64,000 nucleotides of DNA from a virus. The translations under genes were made by a program, and so were the position numbers. The stretch lies in the IMG/VR virus record IMGVR_UViG_3300017971_000214, positions 62,261 to 126,260 of that record; one strand, given 5' to 3'. A model generated the notes under the pieces. That model was not told where the DNA came from. It searched no databases and saw only the letters and a program-made list of their open reading frames with translations. Positions 37,100-46,612 of this stretch are shown here, piece by piece; positions within the stretch are counted from its first letter, which is position 1, and each line of letters opens with the position of its first letter.

Positions 37100-38058
37100 A
37101 GGCGCGCTGGAAGTTCCTGGCGGTGGCGGTCGCTGCCGCCTTGGTGGGGGTCCTGACGTCCTCGGGCACGCAGCACGAGGCCCCAGAGGCCCCGCCCGCT
37201 ACGGCCCTTCAGACGGCCTCTGAGGCGCCGGAAGACGCTGGGGTCCCTGAGGTCGCTCCCGCCCCCAAAGAGCACGGAGAGGTGATCCTAGGGGCCTACA
37301 CGACCTACTACAAGGATGGGCTCGACGACGGGCGCGTCCACAACATCACGAAGCTGGCGCTGGCGCTCAACTTCGTCGTAGCCCCCGGCGAGGTGTGGAG
37401 CTTCAACGAGGCTTTGGGGCCGCGGACCAAGGAGCGCGGATACCTGCCTGCACCAACCATCGTGCTCGGGGAGATGACGGAGAGCTACGGCGGCGGCACC
37501 TGCCAGGTCAGCTCGACGCTGTTCGTGGCGGCGCTGCGTGCTGGGCTGGAGGTGGTCGAGCGTAGACCCCACTCACGCCCGTCGAGCTACATCCCGAAGG
37601 GGATGGACGCCACGGTGAGCTACCCCGAGGAGTGCTGGGTGGAGAAGCCGGACATTCGCATCTGCCCTGACCTGAAGATCAAGAACCCCTACGACTCCCC
37701 GATAGCCATCAAGGGGCTCGGAGGCGTGGAGGGTCCAGACGGCGGACGAGTGCCCGAGGGGAAGGGCGCGCTGGAGGTGGTCATCATGGGGGAGGGCGAG
37801 CCCCCGAAGGTCACGATGAAGTGGCGCTCGTGGAAGACCACTGACCCGGAGAAGCGATTCCGCAAGGTGCTGCACAAGGGGGCGAACAGCTGCCAGAAGC
37901 AGAAGCCGGCCCTCGGCGTGGAAGGCGTGCTCGTCGTGAAGATCAACGGCGAGGAGAAGAGGTTCATCAGTCGGTACAAGCCGGTGGACGAGATCTGGTA
38001 CGTCCCGACCGACTGGGAAGAAGAGACAGAAGACGATCCGTATCCGGAGGAGCCATGA
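37096..38058 (+). CDS. secreted or membrane-anchored VanW-family protein
   Basis: signal/TM segment; PGEVWSFNEALGPRT..RGY, GGGTCQVSSTLF, ERRPHS, G.DATV.Y. Confidence 0.88.
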   Translation: MKARWKFLAVAVAAALVGVLTSSGTQHEAPEAPPATALQTASEAPEDAGVPEVAPAPKEHGEVILGAYTTYYKDGLDDGRVHNITKLALALNFVVAPGEVWSFNEALGPRTKERGYLPAPTIVLGEMTESYGGGTCQVSSTLFVAALRAGLEVVERRPHSRPSSYIPKGMDATVSYPEECWVEKPDIRICPDLKIKNPYDSPIAIKGLGGVEGPDGGRVPEGKGALEVVIMGEGEPPKVTMKWRSWKTTDPEKRFRKVLHKGANSCQKQKPALGVEGVLVVKINGEEKRFISRYKPVDEIWYVPTDWEEETEDDPYPEEP

Positions 38059-38699
38059 AGTTCTCAGAGTTGAATCTGCTCTCCGTGGGCAACACCATCC
38101 AGCTCGTGGGCGCCATTTGGCGCGGGGAGGGGAAGGTGCTGTTGTGCTTCTTCCCCGAGGACGACGCCGAGCTGTATGTCGGGACTACCGAGTTCGGGAA
38201 GGGGGAGCCGATCTTGTTTGATGGTCCTGAGCTTCCGGACGAGGTTGAGACGTTGGCCATGTCGTTGGAGGAGTGGCAGAAGTTCGTCCGGCAGACCGAC
38301 GTCATGGAGACTGAGGTGCTGGCGCAAGCGAAGGACGGGAAGCTGTCGAAGATCATCTTGCGTAAGAGCGCTCGGCAGATCTCGCAGGGCGTCTCGTGGA
38401 AGGTCTTCAAGCGGGACCGCTACGCCTGCCGTTACTGCGGGAAGGACGACGTCCCGCTGACTGTAGACCACCTTGTTCTCTGGGAACTGGGAGGTCCATC
38501 GACGGAGGACAACCTTCTGGCGTCGTGCCGCAAGTGCAATAAGAAGCGCGGCAACCTCCCTTACGACGAGTGGCTGAAGCACCCTTACTACAAGAAGGTG
38601 TCGGCCAACCTTTCTGATCTCAACCGTTCCATCAACGCGGCCATCGCCGAACGGTTGGACAAGGTGGAGAGAGTCCACCACAAGCACACGAAGCGGTAG
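38055..38699 (+). CDS. HNH endonuclease with an extra N-terminal domain
   Basis: VFKRDRYACRYCG, LTVDH, GG...NL..SCRKCN. Confidence 0.85.
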   Translation: MKFSELNLLSVGNTIQLVGAIWRGEGKVLLCFFPEDDAELYVGTTEFGKGEPILFDGPELPDEVETLAMSLEEWQKFVRQTDVMETEVLAQAKDGKLSKIILRKSARQISQGVSWKVFKRDRYACRYCGKDDVPLTVDHLVLWELGGPSTEDNLLASCRKCNKKRGNLPYDEWLKHPYYKKVSANLSDLNRSINAAIAERLDKVERVHHKHTKR

Positions 38700-38752
38700 G
38701 ACACTCCAGGGCTGTGGAGTCGGCGGCGCGCGAGGGAAAACTCCCGTAACTC

Positions 38753-38780
38753 CTGACTATCCGCTGCTCTGTGGTAGACT
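38753..38780 (+). promoter_or_regulatory. putative promoter for the packaging genes
   Basis: CTGACT-N16-TAGACT with TGTGG extension; GTG start 7 nt after the -10. Confidence 0.45.
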
Positions 38781-38786
38781 GACTTC

Positions 38787-39542
38787 GTGGCGAAGAAGGG
38801 CAAGAAGCGTCGATCCCCGGCGTTCACGAGCAAGCGTCCTGTAGGCAGGGAGCGGGGCTTCCAGAAGTTGCGGGCTCTCAAGTGCTTCGACGAGGTCCAC
38901 CGGCGGATTCTCGAAGGTTGGGGGATGCCGGCCCTGGCGCAGTACATCCAGGAGGAGTGCGACGAGTACACGGAGGTTTCGGCGCAGGGTTTGATCTCCG
39001 TATTGCGGCGCTACCGCGACACCATTCCTCCGGCCCAGCTCATTCAGAAGCGCATCCCTTCGAAGTTTGCCAGTGCGCAGGAGCAGGTGGACGAAGGACT
39101 CGACGAGCTGCAGGAGCTGTGGAACCTGTACCAGCTCCAGATGGAGCGTTTGGGCATCGAGTTGCAGAACGAGCGCACCATCAAGAAGCTCTTCCCGTCG
39201 ATGACGCAGGAGATTCGGACGACCCGAGAGATCTTGAGCACCATCGCTGAGTTGAAGATGGACCTCGGGCTCAACAATCGGCAGATCGGAACGGTCGACA
39301 TCGACGCGCACATCACGGCGCATGTAGCCGAGCGTTTCTCCAATCCGAGGGTGGCGCAGGTTCTTGCCAGCCCTGAGAAGCGCCGGAAGCTGTTGGGGAT
39401 TGCCAAGCAGCTTGCCAAGAAGGCCGATGCGCCGGTGGTCATCGACGCGGAAGCGGAGACGGTGGAGGCCAAGGAGGCTCCGCCCGAGTCCGGTCCCGGT
39501 TCGCCTGAGCCCCCATCCGAGCTGCAGGAGACGGGCTCGTGA
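38787..39542 (+). CDS. putative terminase small subunit
   Basis: helical protein GTGA-coupled to TerL; assignment is positional. Confidence 0.55.
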   Translation: MAKKGKKRRSPAFTSKRPVGRERGFQKLRALKCFDEVHRRILEGWGMPALAQYIQEECDEYTEVSAQGLISVLRRYRDTIPPAQLIQKRIPSKFASAQEQVDEGLDELQELWNLYQLQMERLGIELQNERTIKKLFPSMTQEIRTTREILSTIAELKMDLGLNNRQIGTVDIDAHITAHVAERFSNPRVAQVLASPEKRRKLLGIAKQLAKKADAPVVIDAEAETVEAKEAPPESGPGSPEPPSELQETGS

Positions 39543-42500
39543 TCGTCGACCAGGACGGCCGGTCCCTCAGCAAACGAACGGCCGAAGAGGACGAGGATAC
39601 GCTACGCAAGGAGCTGGCAGGGCTGTCTCCTGACGAGCGCGAGGCTCTGATGCTCATGCTCGCCGAGTTGGAGGAAGAGCCCGAAGAAGGCGAGAAGCAG
39701 CTCATCCAGCTCGTCAGTGAGGCCGAGTGGAAGAGGGTCCCGGTCGACATCGAGACGTTCGTCAAAGACGAGTACTACCTCGGCAACACCTGTGCGGTGC
39801 TCTATCCGCAGCTTCTGGAGGACATGAAGGAGCTGTTTGAGGGGGGCGAGTACCAGGAAGCGGTGCTCACCGGCAGCATCGGTTACGGCAAGTGCGTGGA
39901 CCCGGACACGGAGATCTTCGACCCTGCCCGCGGCCGACGCCGAGCTGGTGACCTCGGAGAGGATTGGTCCGTGGTGTCGATGGATCAGGACACCGGGAAG
40001 CTGTGCGTGTCGTCTGCGTCAGCTTTCGCTTCCGGGACCAAGGAATGCATCCAGCTTCGGCTCGCCGGAGGGCAACGCATCGATCTCAGTTACGACCACC
40101 CGGTGTTCACTGCTCGTGGTTGGGTTCCAGCCGCGAAACTTCGGTTGGACGACCTCGTGGCGACGCCGCGCCGGTTGCCGGGGCCAACCACGCCCCTTGA
40201 GATCTCTGACGACGAGGTAAAGCTCGTGGCGTACCTTGCTGGGGATGGCGGCTGTACCGGGAACACCACCTTCACGAACATGGATCCGGGCGTCCTCCAG
40301 GAGTTCTCCGAAGTCGCTCTGGTGTGCGCTGACACTTCTCAGTACGATCGTTTTCACCGGCACATCGAGCCCGAGGTGACGGTTGCGGAAGGCGCGAATA
40401 GTGGGCAGGCGACGACGCTTCAGGTGAAGGGTATTCGACACCTCGTGAAGCGCCACGGGATGGATTCTCGCGCCAAGGAGAAACGCGTCCCCGCAGAGTT
40501 CTACCTACTGCCCGATCGTCAGGTGGCGCTCTTCTTGAACCGTTTCTGGGCCTGTGATGGGTCCATTGGTGTGCAGGGTCCCTGGACCGTCGAGACGACG
40601 TTGGCGTCGGAGGGTTTGGTAGACGACCTTCGGTTCTTGCTGCTCCGGTTGGGGGTGCTTTCTCGGAAGTGCTTCAACCCGAAGAAGATCGAGAAGAAGA
40701 AGTACGACGCGTGGACCCTTTCGATCAGCGGCGCTGACAACGTGCGTGCTTTCCTCGAAGCGGTCGGTCCTGTCTTCTCGAAGGAAGAGGCGTGTGCTGT
40801 TGCCATGGACCGGGCGGTGAGCACCAAGTCGAACACCAACGTCGACATCGTGCCGGTGGGTATTGAAGAACTTCGGGAGATCCGAGGAGAGTTGGGGGCT
40901 CAAGGCGCGCGACTCACCCAAGACTTTGGTTGTCCCGCAGGGCAGCGTCTCAGTCGTGAGAGGTTTCGTCGCTTGGTGCAGGAGCGCGACTACAGCGGCA
41001 AGTACGCGTGGTTGGCCGACACGGACATCTTGTGGGAGCGGGTGCGGGAGCTGAAGCAGCTTGAGGCGCGGCCCGTGGTGGACTTGTCGGTTCCTGGCGA
41101 CACCAACTTCGTAGCCAACGGCATCGTGATCCACAACACCTTCTTCGCGTCGATTGGGATCTGCCGCATCCTTTACGAGCTGTCGTGCATGAACGACCCG
41201 CATCGGTCTCTCGGACTCGCACCGGACACCGACATTTCGATCGTGTGCTTGAGCGTCAACGAGGCTTTGGCCATGAAGGTCGCGTTCGACAACGTGGCCA
41301 CCAAGCTGAAGGCTAGCCCGTACTTCGAGGAGCACTTCCCCTTCAAGAGCACGAAGAAGGAGTTCCGCTTCCCGCACAATGTGTGGTTGGCCGCGAGGGC
41401 GACCACGGATTCCTCCGCCTTGGGTCTCAACGTGATCGGATCTTTGCTCGATGAGACCAACTTCATGGACCGCGGTCGCAAGGTAGACCCGCGCCACGGC
41501 GCCGTCGACCACGCGGAGATGCTTTACACCGGTATCATGCGTCGTATGAAGTCCCGTTTCGGCCGCAGCGGGAAGCTGCCCGGAATGATCTTCTTGGTCT
41601 CGTCGAAGAAGACCCGAGACGATTTCACGGCCCGGCGCATCCGGGAGTCCCGCAACGACCCTCACGTGTTCGTCCGAGACTACGCGCTATGGGACGTCAA
41701 GCCTTCGGCGTACTACAGCAGCAAGAAGTTCTTTGTCATCTGCGGCAACGAGCAGACCCCTTCGCGCATTCTTCAGAAGGACGAGGAGCAGCAGGTCAAG
41801 AGCCAACTACCCGACGACGTGACGCTCATCGAAGTCCCCGAGGACTTCCGGTTCGACTTCGAACACGATCTGGAAGGTTGCTTGACTGGAGACACTCTTA
41901 TTCCGTTGTTGGATGGAACGGAGGCACGGATCGAAGACTTGGTAGGTCGGGAGGAGTTCTGGACGTACTCCTACACCCCGGACGGACGGTTTTGTCCGGG
42001 TAGAGGTAGCGATGCTAGGTTGACCAGGAAGAACGCGAAATTGGTTCAGGTGACCTTGGACAACGGCGAGGTCGTCCGTTGTACATCCAACCACCCGTTC
42101 ATGCTTCGTTCCGGGGAGTACAAGGAGGCCGGAGAACTACAGCCTGACGACTCTTTGATGCCTTTGTACTGGCGCAGGGACAGGTATGGCTATGAGCTGA
42201 TCAAGTCAAATGCGGGTGGTAAGTGGATCCATACGCATCGGTTGGTAGCCAGGGAGGCGTTGAACGAGGGGGGAGCACTGAGCAGCGCTCTGGTTGTCCA
42301 TCATCGCAATTTCGACCGCCTGGACAACTCTCCGTGGAATTTGGAGGTGATGACGGAAGCTGAGCACGCCGAGTTGCATCGGAGGTACTTGCATGAGGGG
42401 ATGCTCTCTGAAGAGTCGAAAGCGCGGGCGCGTGCAGGGCGGAAGGCTCGGCGTGAGGCGAATCCGGAAGAAGCACGGGCGAAGTCGTTGGCGGCGTTGA

Positions 42501-43972
42501 AGAAGGCTAGTGAGGTCTACAACAGCGACGCCTACGATCATTCGGAGGTAGCTAGGAAGGTCGGGAAGACGTATGGGTGGGGGGCCGAAAATCCGTCTGC
42601 GGCGATTGTGGAGGCGCGTAGCCGGAATGGAACCAAGAACATCACGAGGTTGAACAAGTCAGATCAGAACCCGGCACGTAAACCCGCCAACAGGGCCGCG
42701 TCGGCGGCACGTCTGGCAGAGGCGGTTCGATCAGATCCTAGAATGCGTGTAGGCCGTATCAAAGGATTGCACACACGTTGGCACACCGGACCGTTTGAGA
42801 CTTGCCCTCGTTGTCAGGAGTCCCTCCGGGCGGATGGTAACAACCACAAGGTGGTCAGTGTGGAACCAGCCGGTCGGGCTGACGTGTACGACATCACTGT
42901 TGAAGGAGTACACAACTTTGCGTTGTCGGCAGGGGTGGTGGTCCACAATTCCATTCGGGACATTGCGGGCGTGGCCACTGTGGCCATCAGCCCGTTCATC
43001 CAGCGTCGCGAGAAGCTGGTCTTCAACGCCGAGCGCCGCCACCCCTTCAGTGTTGAGATCTACGACCCCTCGCGACCGGGAACCTTCTTGTGGGATCTGA
43101 TGGTCCGCAAGATGCAGATGAAGGACTTCTCCGGTCATGTGCACGAGGCTCTGAAGCCGATCGTGAACCCGAAGGCCCCCCGGCACATCCACATCGACCC
43201 TGCATACCGGAAGGACGCGGTAGGTATTTGCATGTCGCACATCTCGGGGTGGACGGACGTTGTGCGGCGAGCTGAGGACGGCTCTGTTTTCCAGGAGCGC
43301 CAGCCACGGTTCTTCGTCGATCTCATTTTGCAGGTCGTTCCTCCGGTGGGGGACGAGATCGTCCTGGGAGATCTGAGGCGTCTGGTCTACTCCCTGAGCG
43401 ACCATGGCTACATGATCACCTTGGTTACGATGGACACCTGGCAGTCCGTCGATTCGTTGCAGCAGCTCAAACAGAAGGGGTACGCCGCGGAGCACCTGTC
43501 GGTGGACACCAAGATGGACCCTTACGAGCATCTGAAGTCCGCTTTCTACGAGGATCGGGTCGACCTCTACAACTACCCCAGGCTATTCAAGGAGCTGCGG
43601 GAGCTGGAGAAAGACGAGAAGAAGAAGAAAGTCGATCACCCACCTCGTGGCAGCAAAGATATTGCAGATGCTTTGGCCGGTTGCTTGTACACTCTGGCCA
43701 AGCATCAGGCGACGCAGCCCCTTCCGATCTTATCGGGGCTGTCGTATTCTCCCGATGCTTGGATGGAGGAACAGCTACATGCCGCCGCAGCGCACCAGCG
43801 AGGATCCCAGGGAGCGCCGGGAAACCGGTTCTACCCCGAGAACCCCCAAGCTGGTGCAGGGGGCGGTTACCCGCTCCAGGTACTGCCTCCGGTGTTGGGG
43901 GGTGGACCGAACGGTTCGCCGGGCGGAGGCGGCCCTGATTGGGGCGGCGGCTGGAACCCTTCATCTCTGTAG
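39539..43972 (+). CDS. terL: terminase large subunit with two inteins (about 705 aa after splicing)
   Basis: TGSIGYGK|TF Walker A, LLDE, LVSS, HIHIDPA, DHPPRGSKDIADALAG; upstream of the portal. Confidence 0.9.
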   Translation: MIVDQDGRSLSKRTAEEDEDTLRKELAGLSPDEREALMLMLAELEEEPEEGEKQLIQLVSEAEWKRVPVDIETFVKDEYYLGNTCAVLYPQLLEDMKELFEGGEYQEAVLTGSIGYGKCVDPDTEIFDPARGRRRAGDLGEDWSVVSMDQDTGKLCVSSASAFASGTKECIQLRLAGGQRIDLSYDHPVFTARGWVPAAKLRLDDLVATPRRLPGPTTPLEISDDEVKLVAYLAGDGGCTGNTTFTNMDPGVLQEFSEVALVCADTSQYDRFHRHIEPEVTVAEGANSGQATTLQVKGIRHLVKRHGMDSRAKEKRVPAEFYLLPDRQVALFLNRFWACDGSIGVQGPWTVETTLASEGLVDDLRFLLLRLGVLSRKCFNPKKIEKKKYDAWTLSISGADNVRAFLEAVGPVFSKEEACAVAMDRAVSTKSNTNVDIVPVGIEELREIRGELGAQGARLTQDFGCPAGQRLSRERFRRLVQERDYSGKYAWLADTDILWERVRELKQLEARPVVDLSVPGDTNFVANGIVIHNTFFASIGICRILYELSCMNDPHRSLGLAPDTDISIVCLSVNEALAMKVAFDNVATKLKASPYFEEHFPFKSTKKEFRFPHNVWLAARATTDSSALGLNVIGSLLDETNFMDRGRKVDPRHGAVDHAEMLYTGIMRRMKSRFGRSGKLPGMIFLVSSKKTRDDFTARRIRESRNDPHVFVRDYALWDVKPSAYYSSKKFFVICGNEQTPSRILQKDEEQQVKSQLPDDVTLIEVPEDFRFDFEHDLEGCLTGDTLIPLLDGTEARIEDLVGREEFWTYSYTPDGRFCPGRGSDARLTRKNAKLVQVTLDNGEVVRCTSNHPFMLRSGEYKEAGELQPDDSLMPLYWRRDRYGYELIKSNAGGKWIHTHRLVAREALNEGGALSSALVVHHRNFDRLDNSPWNLEVMTEAEHAELHRRYLHEGMLSEESKARARAGRKARREANPEEARAKSLAALKKASEVYNSDAYDHSEVARKVGKTYGWGAENPSAAIVEARSRNGTKNITRLNKSDQNPARKPANRAASAARLAEAVRSDPRMRVGRIKGLHTRWHTGPFETCPRCQESLRADGNNHKVVSVEPAGRADVYDITVEGVHNFALSAGVVVHNSIRDIAGVATVAISPFIQRREKLVFNAERRHPFSVEIYDPSRPGTFLWDLMVRKMQMKDFSGHVHEALKPIVNPKAPRHIHIDPAYRKDAVGICMSHISGWTDVVRRAEDGSVFQERQPRFFVDLILQVVPPVGDEIVLGDLRRLVYSLSDHGYMITLVTMDTWQSVDSLQQLKQKGYAAEHLSVDTKMDPYEHLKSAFYEDRVDLYNYPRLFKELRELEKDEKKKKVDHPPRGSKDIADALAGCLYTLAKHQATQPLPILSGLSYSPDAWMEEQLHAAAAHQRGSQGAPGNRFYPENPQAGAGGGYPLQVLPPVLGGGPNGSPGGGGPDWGGGWNPSSL
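39893..41137 (+). mobile_element. TerL intein 1, 415 aa, LAGLIDADG
   Basis: starts CVDPDTEI, SYDHPVF, YLAGDG and FWACDG, ends IVIHN before T. Confidence 0.92.
41879..42949 (+). mobile_element. TerL intein 2, 357 aa, HNH homing endonuclease
   Basis: starts CLTGDTLI, CTSNHPF, HRLVA..VVHHRNFDRLDNSPWNL..EHAELH, ends VVVHN before S. Confidence 0.92.
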
Positions 43973-44005
43973 TCGTAGACCGGAGGGTCGTGTAGGGAGG
44001 TAAGG

Positions 44006-44353
44006 ATGTCCAAACCGCTCAACAAGCTGATCGAGGATTTGAGAATCCTCATGCTCGAACCCCCGTGGTCTCACTTCGTGAAGCTGCTTCGCATGGTCGA
44101 CTCGATGGACGAGTCGCCGGAGCTGGAGCGGCTGACAAACGACGAGCTGCGTTCCTTCAAGGGGTTCCGCATCACGTTGCATCGCGCCGCCACCATGGAG
44201 CCCGAGACGATGCTCAAGCACGTCGCTGCGCATTGGCTCGGGACGGTGGAACAGGCCGTTCGGAAGCTCCCCATCGGGTCGGAGGCCGTCAAGGTCATGG
44301 ACGACATGATGGGTTACTCGGGCGGCGGCGTGACGCACGGGATGTTGACGTGA
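44006..44353 (+). CDS. hypothetical protein
   Basis: GGAGG RBS. Confidence 0.6.
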   Translation: MSKPLNKLIEDLRILMLEPPWSHFVKLLRMVDSMDESPELERLTNDELRSFKGFRITLHRAATMEPETMLKHVAAHWLGTVEQAVRKLPIGSEAVKVMDDMMGYSGGGVTHGMLT

Positions 44354-44685
44354 GGCATACACGGCGCAAGCGGCTCGTTGAGCGGGTGCTTCGGGAAGGG
44401 CCGATCAGCACCGGAGTCGTGCTGACTACTCCGGACGCCATGTCCCAGCGCGAAGCTCTTGCTGCTGCGGAGGGGGTCAAGCTGAACGGCGTCCTGCGGG
44501 ACATGGGCACGCTGGCAGGTCGAGCGTTGGCCGATGAGCTGGAGGTCGAGCAACTGCGCCCCGCAGACTACTCGGAGTGGCACGAGCTGAGCGTCAGGGT
44601 TCGTGAACGTCTAGTGCAGCGCCTCGCCCGCGGGTGTAGAGAGTTCGACGAGGCCCTAGCCATGGCTCTACGGGGGCGTGGCTAG
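44350..44685 (+). CDS. hypothetical protein
   Basis: GTGA overlap with the upstream stop; fills the gap. Confidence 0.5.
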   Translation: MRHTRRKRLVERVLREGPISTGVVLTTPDAMSQREALAAAEGVKLNGVLRDMGTLAGRALADELEVEQLRPADYSEWHELSVRVRERLVQRLARGCREFDEALAMALRGRG

Positions 44686-44717
44686 CGGCGGGACGTTAGC
44701 GCATTCAAGGGGACGCC

Positions 44718-46550
44718 GTGGGATTCTTCTCCAACATAGCCAACAGGATCAGATCAGCCTGGACCAAAGACAAGGAACAGGTTGCGATCCAACTCGCCAA
44801 GGGAGCCACGGCCGCAGGCTACCCGGCGACGGGCTACGACATTCTTCAGGCTTACGGCTATGAGGTCGTGGCCGACTACCTTCGGCTGGAGCAAGACCTG
44901 CTCGCGAGGTACGTCGACTACGAGGAGATGGACGACTACCCGGAGATCAGCGCGGCCATCGACATCTTCGCGGACGACGCGACTCAGCCGGACACGCAGC
45001 TCAACCGAACGGTGTGGGTGACCTCTCCCAACCAGAACATTCAGACGACGCTGGACGACATGCTCAACAAGCGTCTGAGGATCGACGAGGAGATTTGGGA
45101 GATCGCTAGGACCATCGTCAAGTACGGCAACGACTTCGAGGAGCTGTTGGTCACGGGCGAGGGCGTGGTCGGTTTGAACTACCTTCCGCCTCCTACCGTG
45201 CGGCGCATCGAAGGCCCTCGCGGCGAGCTGTACGGCTTCATCCAGGACTTCGAGGGCCGCTTCGGCTGGTCCCCCGAGGACTTCAAGACGATCCTTGCCA
45301 AGCGCACGGCCGCTATCCAGGCGAGCCAGTTCCAGGGCGCCATTGACGCCGCATCCATGCCGGCTGTGGCGGCGTTGGAGGACTGGGAGGTGGTGCACTT
45401 CCGCCTGCGCGGCAAGCACCGCCGGAGCATCTACGGCTACTCGGTACTGGAAGCGGCCCGATGGATCTGGAAGCGGCTCATGCTTCTGGAGGACTCGGCA
45501 CTCATCTACCGCCTGCAGCGGGCGCCTGAGCGCTACGCTTTTTACGTGGACGTGGGCAATCTTCCGGCTCCTGAAGCCTTGGCTTACGTCAACCGCGTTC
45601 GGCAGCAGTACCGAAAGAGGAAGTACGTCAACCCGTCCACGAACAAGCTCGACCTGCGGTACGACGCGCTGTCTCCGGACGAGGACTTCTTCTTGCCTAC
45701 GAGGCAGGGGCAGGAAGGAACGAGGATCGATGTCATCAGCTCGCCCCAGTGGCAGCACATGGACGACATCGAGTATTTCCAGAACAAGCTGTTCTCTTCG
45801 ATCAAGATCCCGAAGGCGTACTTGGCTCAGGACGACAACACGGCTCGGTCTGTGCTGTCTTCGGAGGACGTTCGGTTCGCCCGTACCGTGATGCGCATCC
45901 AGCGCGAACTTCGCAACGGGATGCGGAAGATGTGCCGCGTTCACTTGGCGGCCATCGGCGTCGACCCGCATCAGCAAGAGTACGAGGTGAACATGACTGT
46001 TCCCTCGTCGATCTTCGAGCTAGCGCAGTTGGAAGTTCGGAATGCTCGCGCCGACCTAGCTTCTCGGATGCGGGAGTTCATGTCGTTGTACTGGGTCTAC
46101 AAGAATGTGTTCGACCTAAGCGACGAGGAGATCAAAGCCATCGAGGCTCAGCGGGAAAGCGATCAGGAGAACGAGGCGGTGTGGGGAGCCCGTGCCGAGA
46201 TGGCAGCTCAGAAGGAACAGGGGGGCGCCGAGGGCGAAGGCGAGGGCGGAGGTGGGGGAGCCCCCCCAGGGATGTTTGCGGGGTCCGAGCCCCCGACTGG
46301 CGCCGAGATGAAGCTCATTCGCGACTCTCGCCAGCTCGCCCGACGTTTGAACGGGGGCCGACGCTCGTCTCTTCTGAGCCCTGTTCGACGAGGATCCGAA
46401 AGGGAACTGATGGCGGGCAGGAACACCGAGGCGGAGAAGAGGGCGGCGGACAAGTTGGAGCGTCTTCTTCGCAACGACGTGGCCCTGAAAAGGTCTTTGA
46501 ACGAATTGGGGTCGTTGGTGCGTGATCTCGCTCGATCCCCAAGGCGTTAG
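44718..46550 (+). CDS. portal protein, T4 gp20-like
   Basis: EDSALIYRLQRAPER..FYVDVGNLP, EDFFLP, DDIEYFQNKL, EDVRFAR. Confidence 0.92.
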   Translation: MGFFSNIANRIRSAWTKDKEQVAIQLAKGATAAGYPATGYDILQAYGYEVVADYLRLEQDLLARYVDYEEMDDYPEISAAIDIFADDATQPDTQLNRTVWVTSPNQNIQTTLDDMLNKRLRIDEEIWEIARTIVKYGNDFEELLVTGEGVVGLNYLPPPTVRRIEGPRGELYGFIQDFEGRFGWSPEDFKTILAKRTAAIQASQFQGAIDAASMPAVAALEDWEVVHFRLRGKHRRSIYGYSVLEAARWIWKRLMLLEDSALIYRLQRAPERYAFYVDVGNLPAPEALAYVNRVRQQYRKRKYVNPSTNKLDLRYDALSPDEDFFLPTRQGQEGTRIDVISSPQWQHMDDIEYFQNKLFSSIKIPKAYLAQDDNTARSVLSSEDVRFARTVMRIQRELRNGMRKMCRVHLAAIGVDPHQQEYEVNMTVPSSIFELAQLEVRNARADLASRMREFMSLYWVYKNVFDLSDEEIKAIEAQRESDQENEAVWGARAEMAAQKEQGGAEGEGEGGGGGAPPGMFAGSEPPTGAEMKLIRDSRQLARRLNGGRRSSLLSPVRRGSERELMAGRNTEAEKRAADKLERLLRNDVALKRSLNELGSLVRDLARSPRR

Positions 46551-46565
46551 TAGGGATCCGTCTTA

Positions 46566-46595
46566 TTGACATGGTTCAGATGGTGCAGGTAGGGT
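46566..46595 (+). promoter_or_regulatory. putative promoter for the head genes
   Basis: TTGACA-N18-TAGGGT in the intergenic gap. Confidence 0.45.
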
Positions 46596-46612
46596 TGGGA
46601 GGCATTGAGCCC

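Noticed and set aside
37096-38058. Vancomycin resistance locus
   Set aside because: No vanH/A/B/X/R/S genes; VanW alone is not a known resistance determinant
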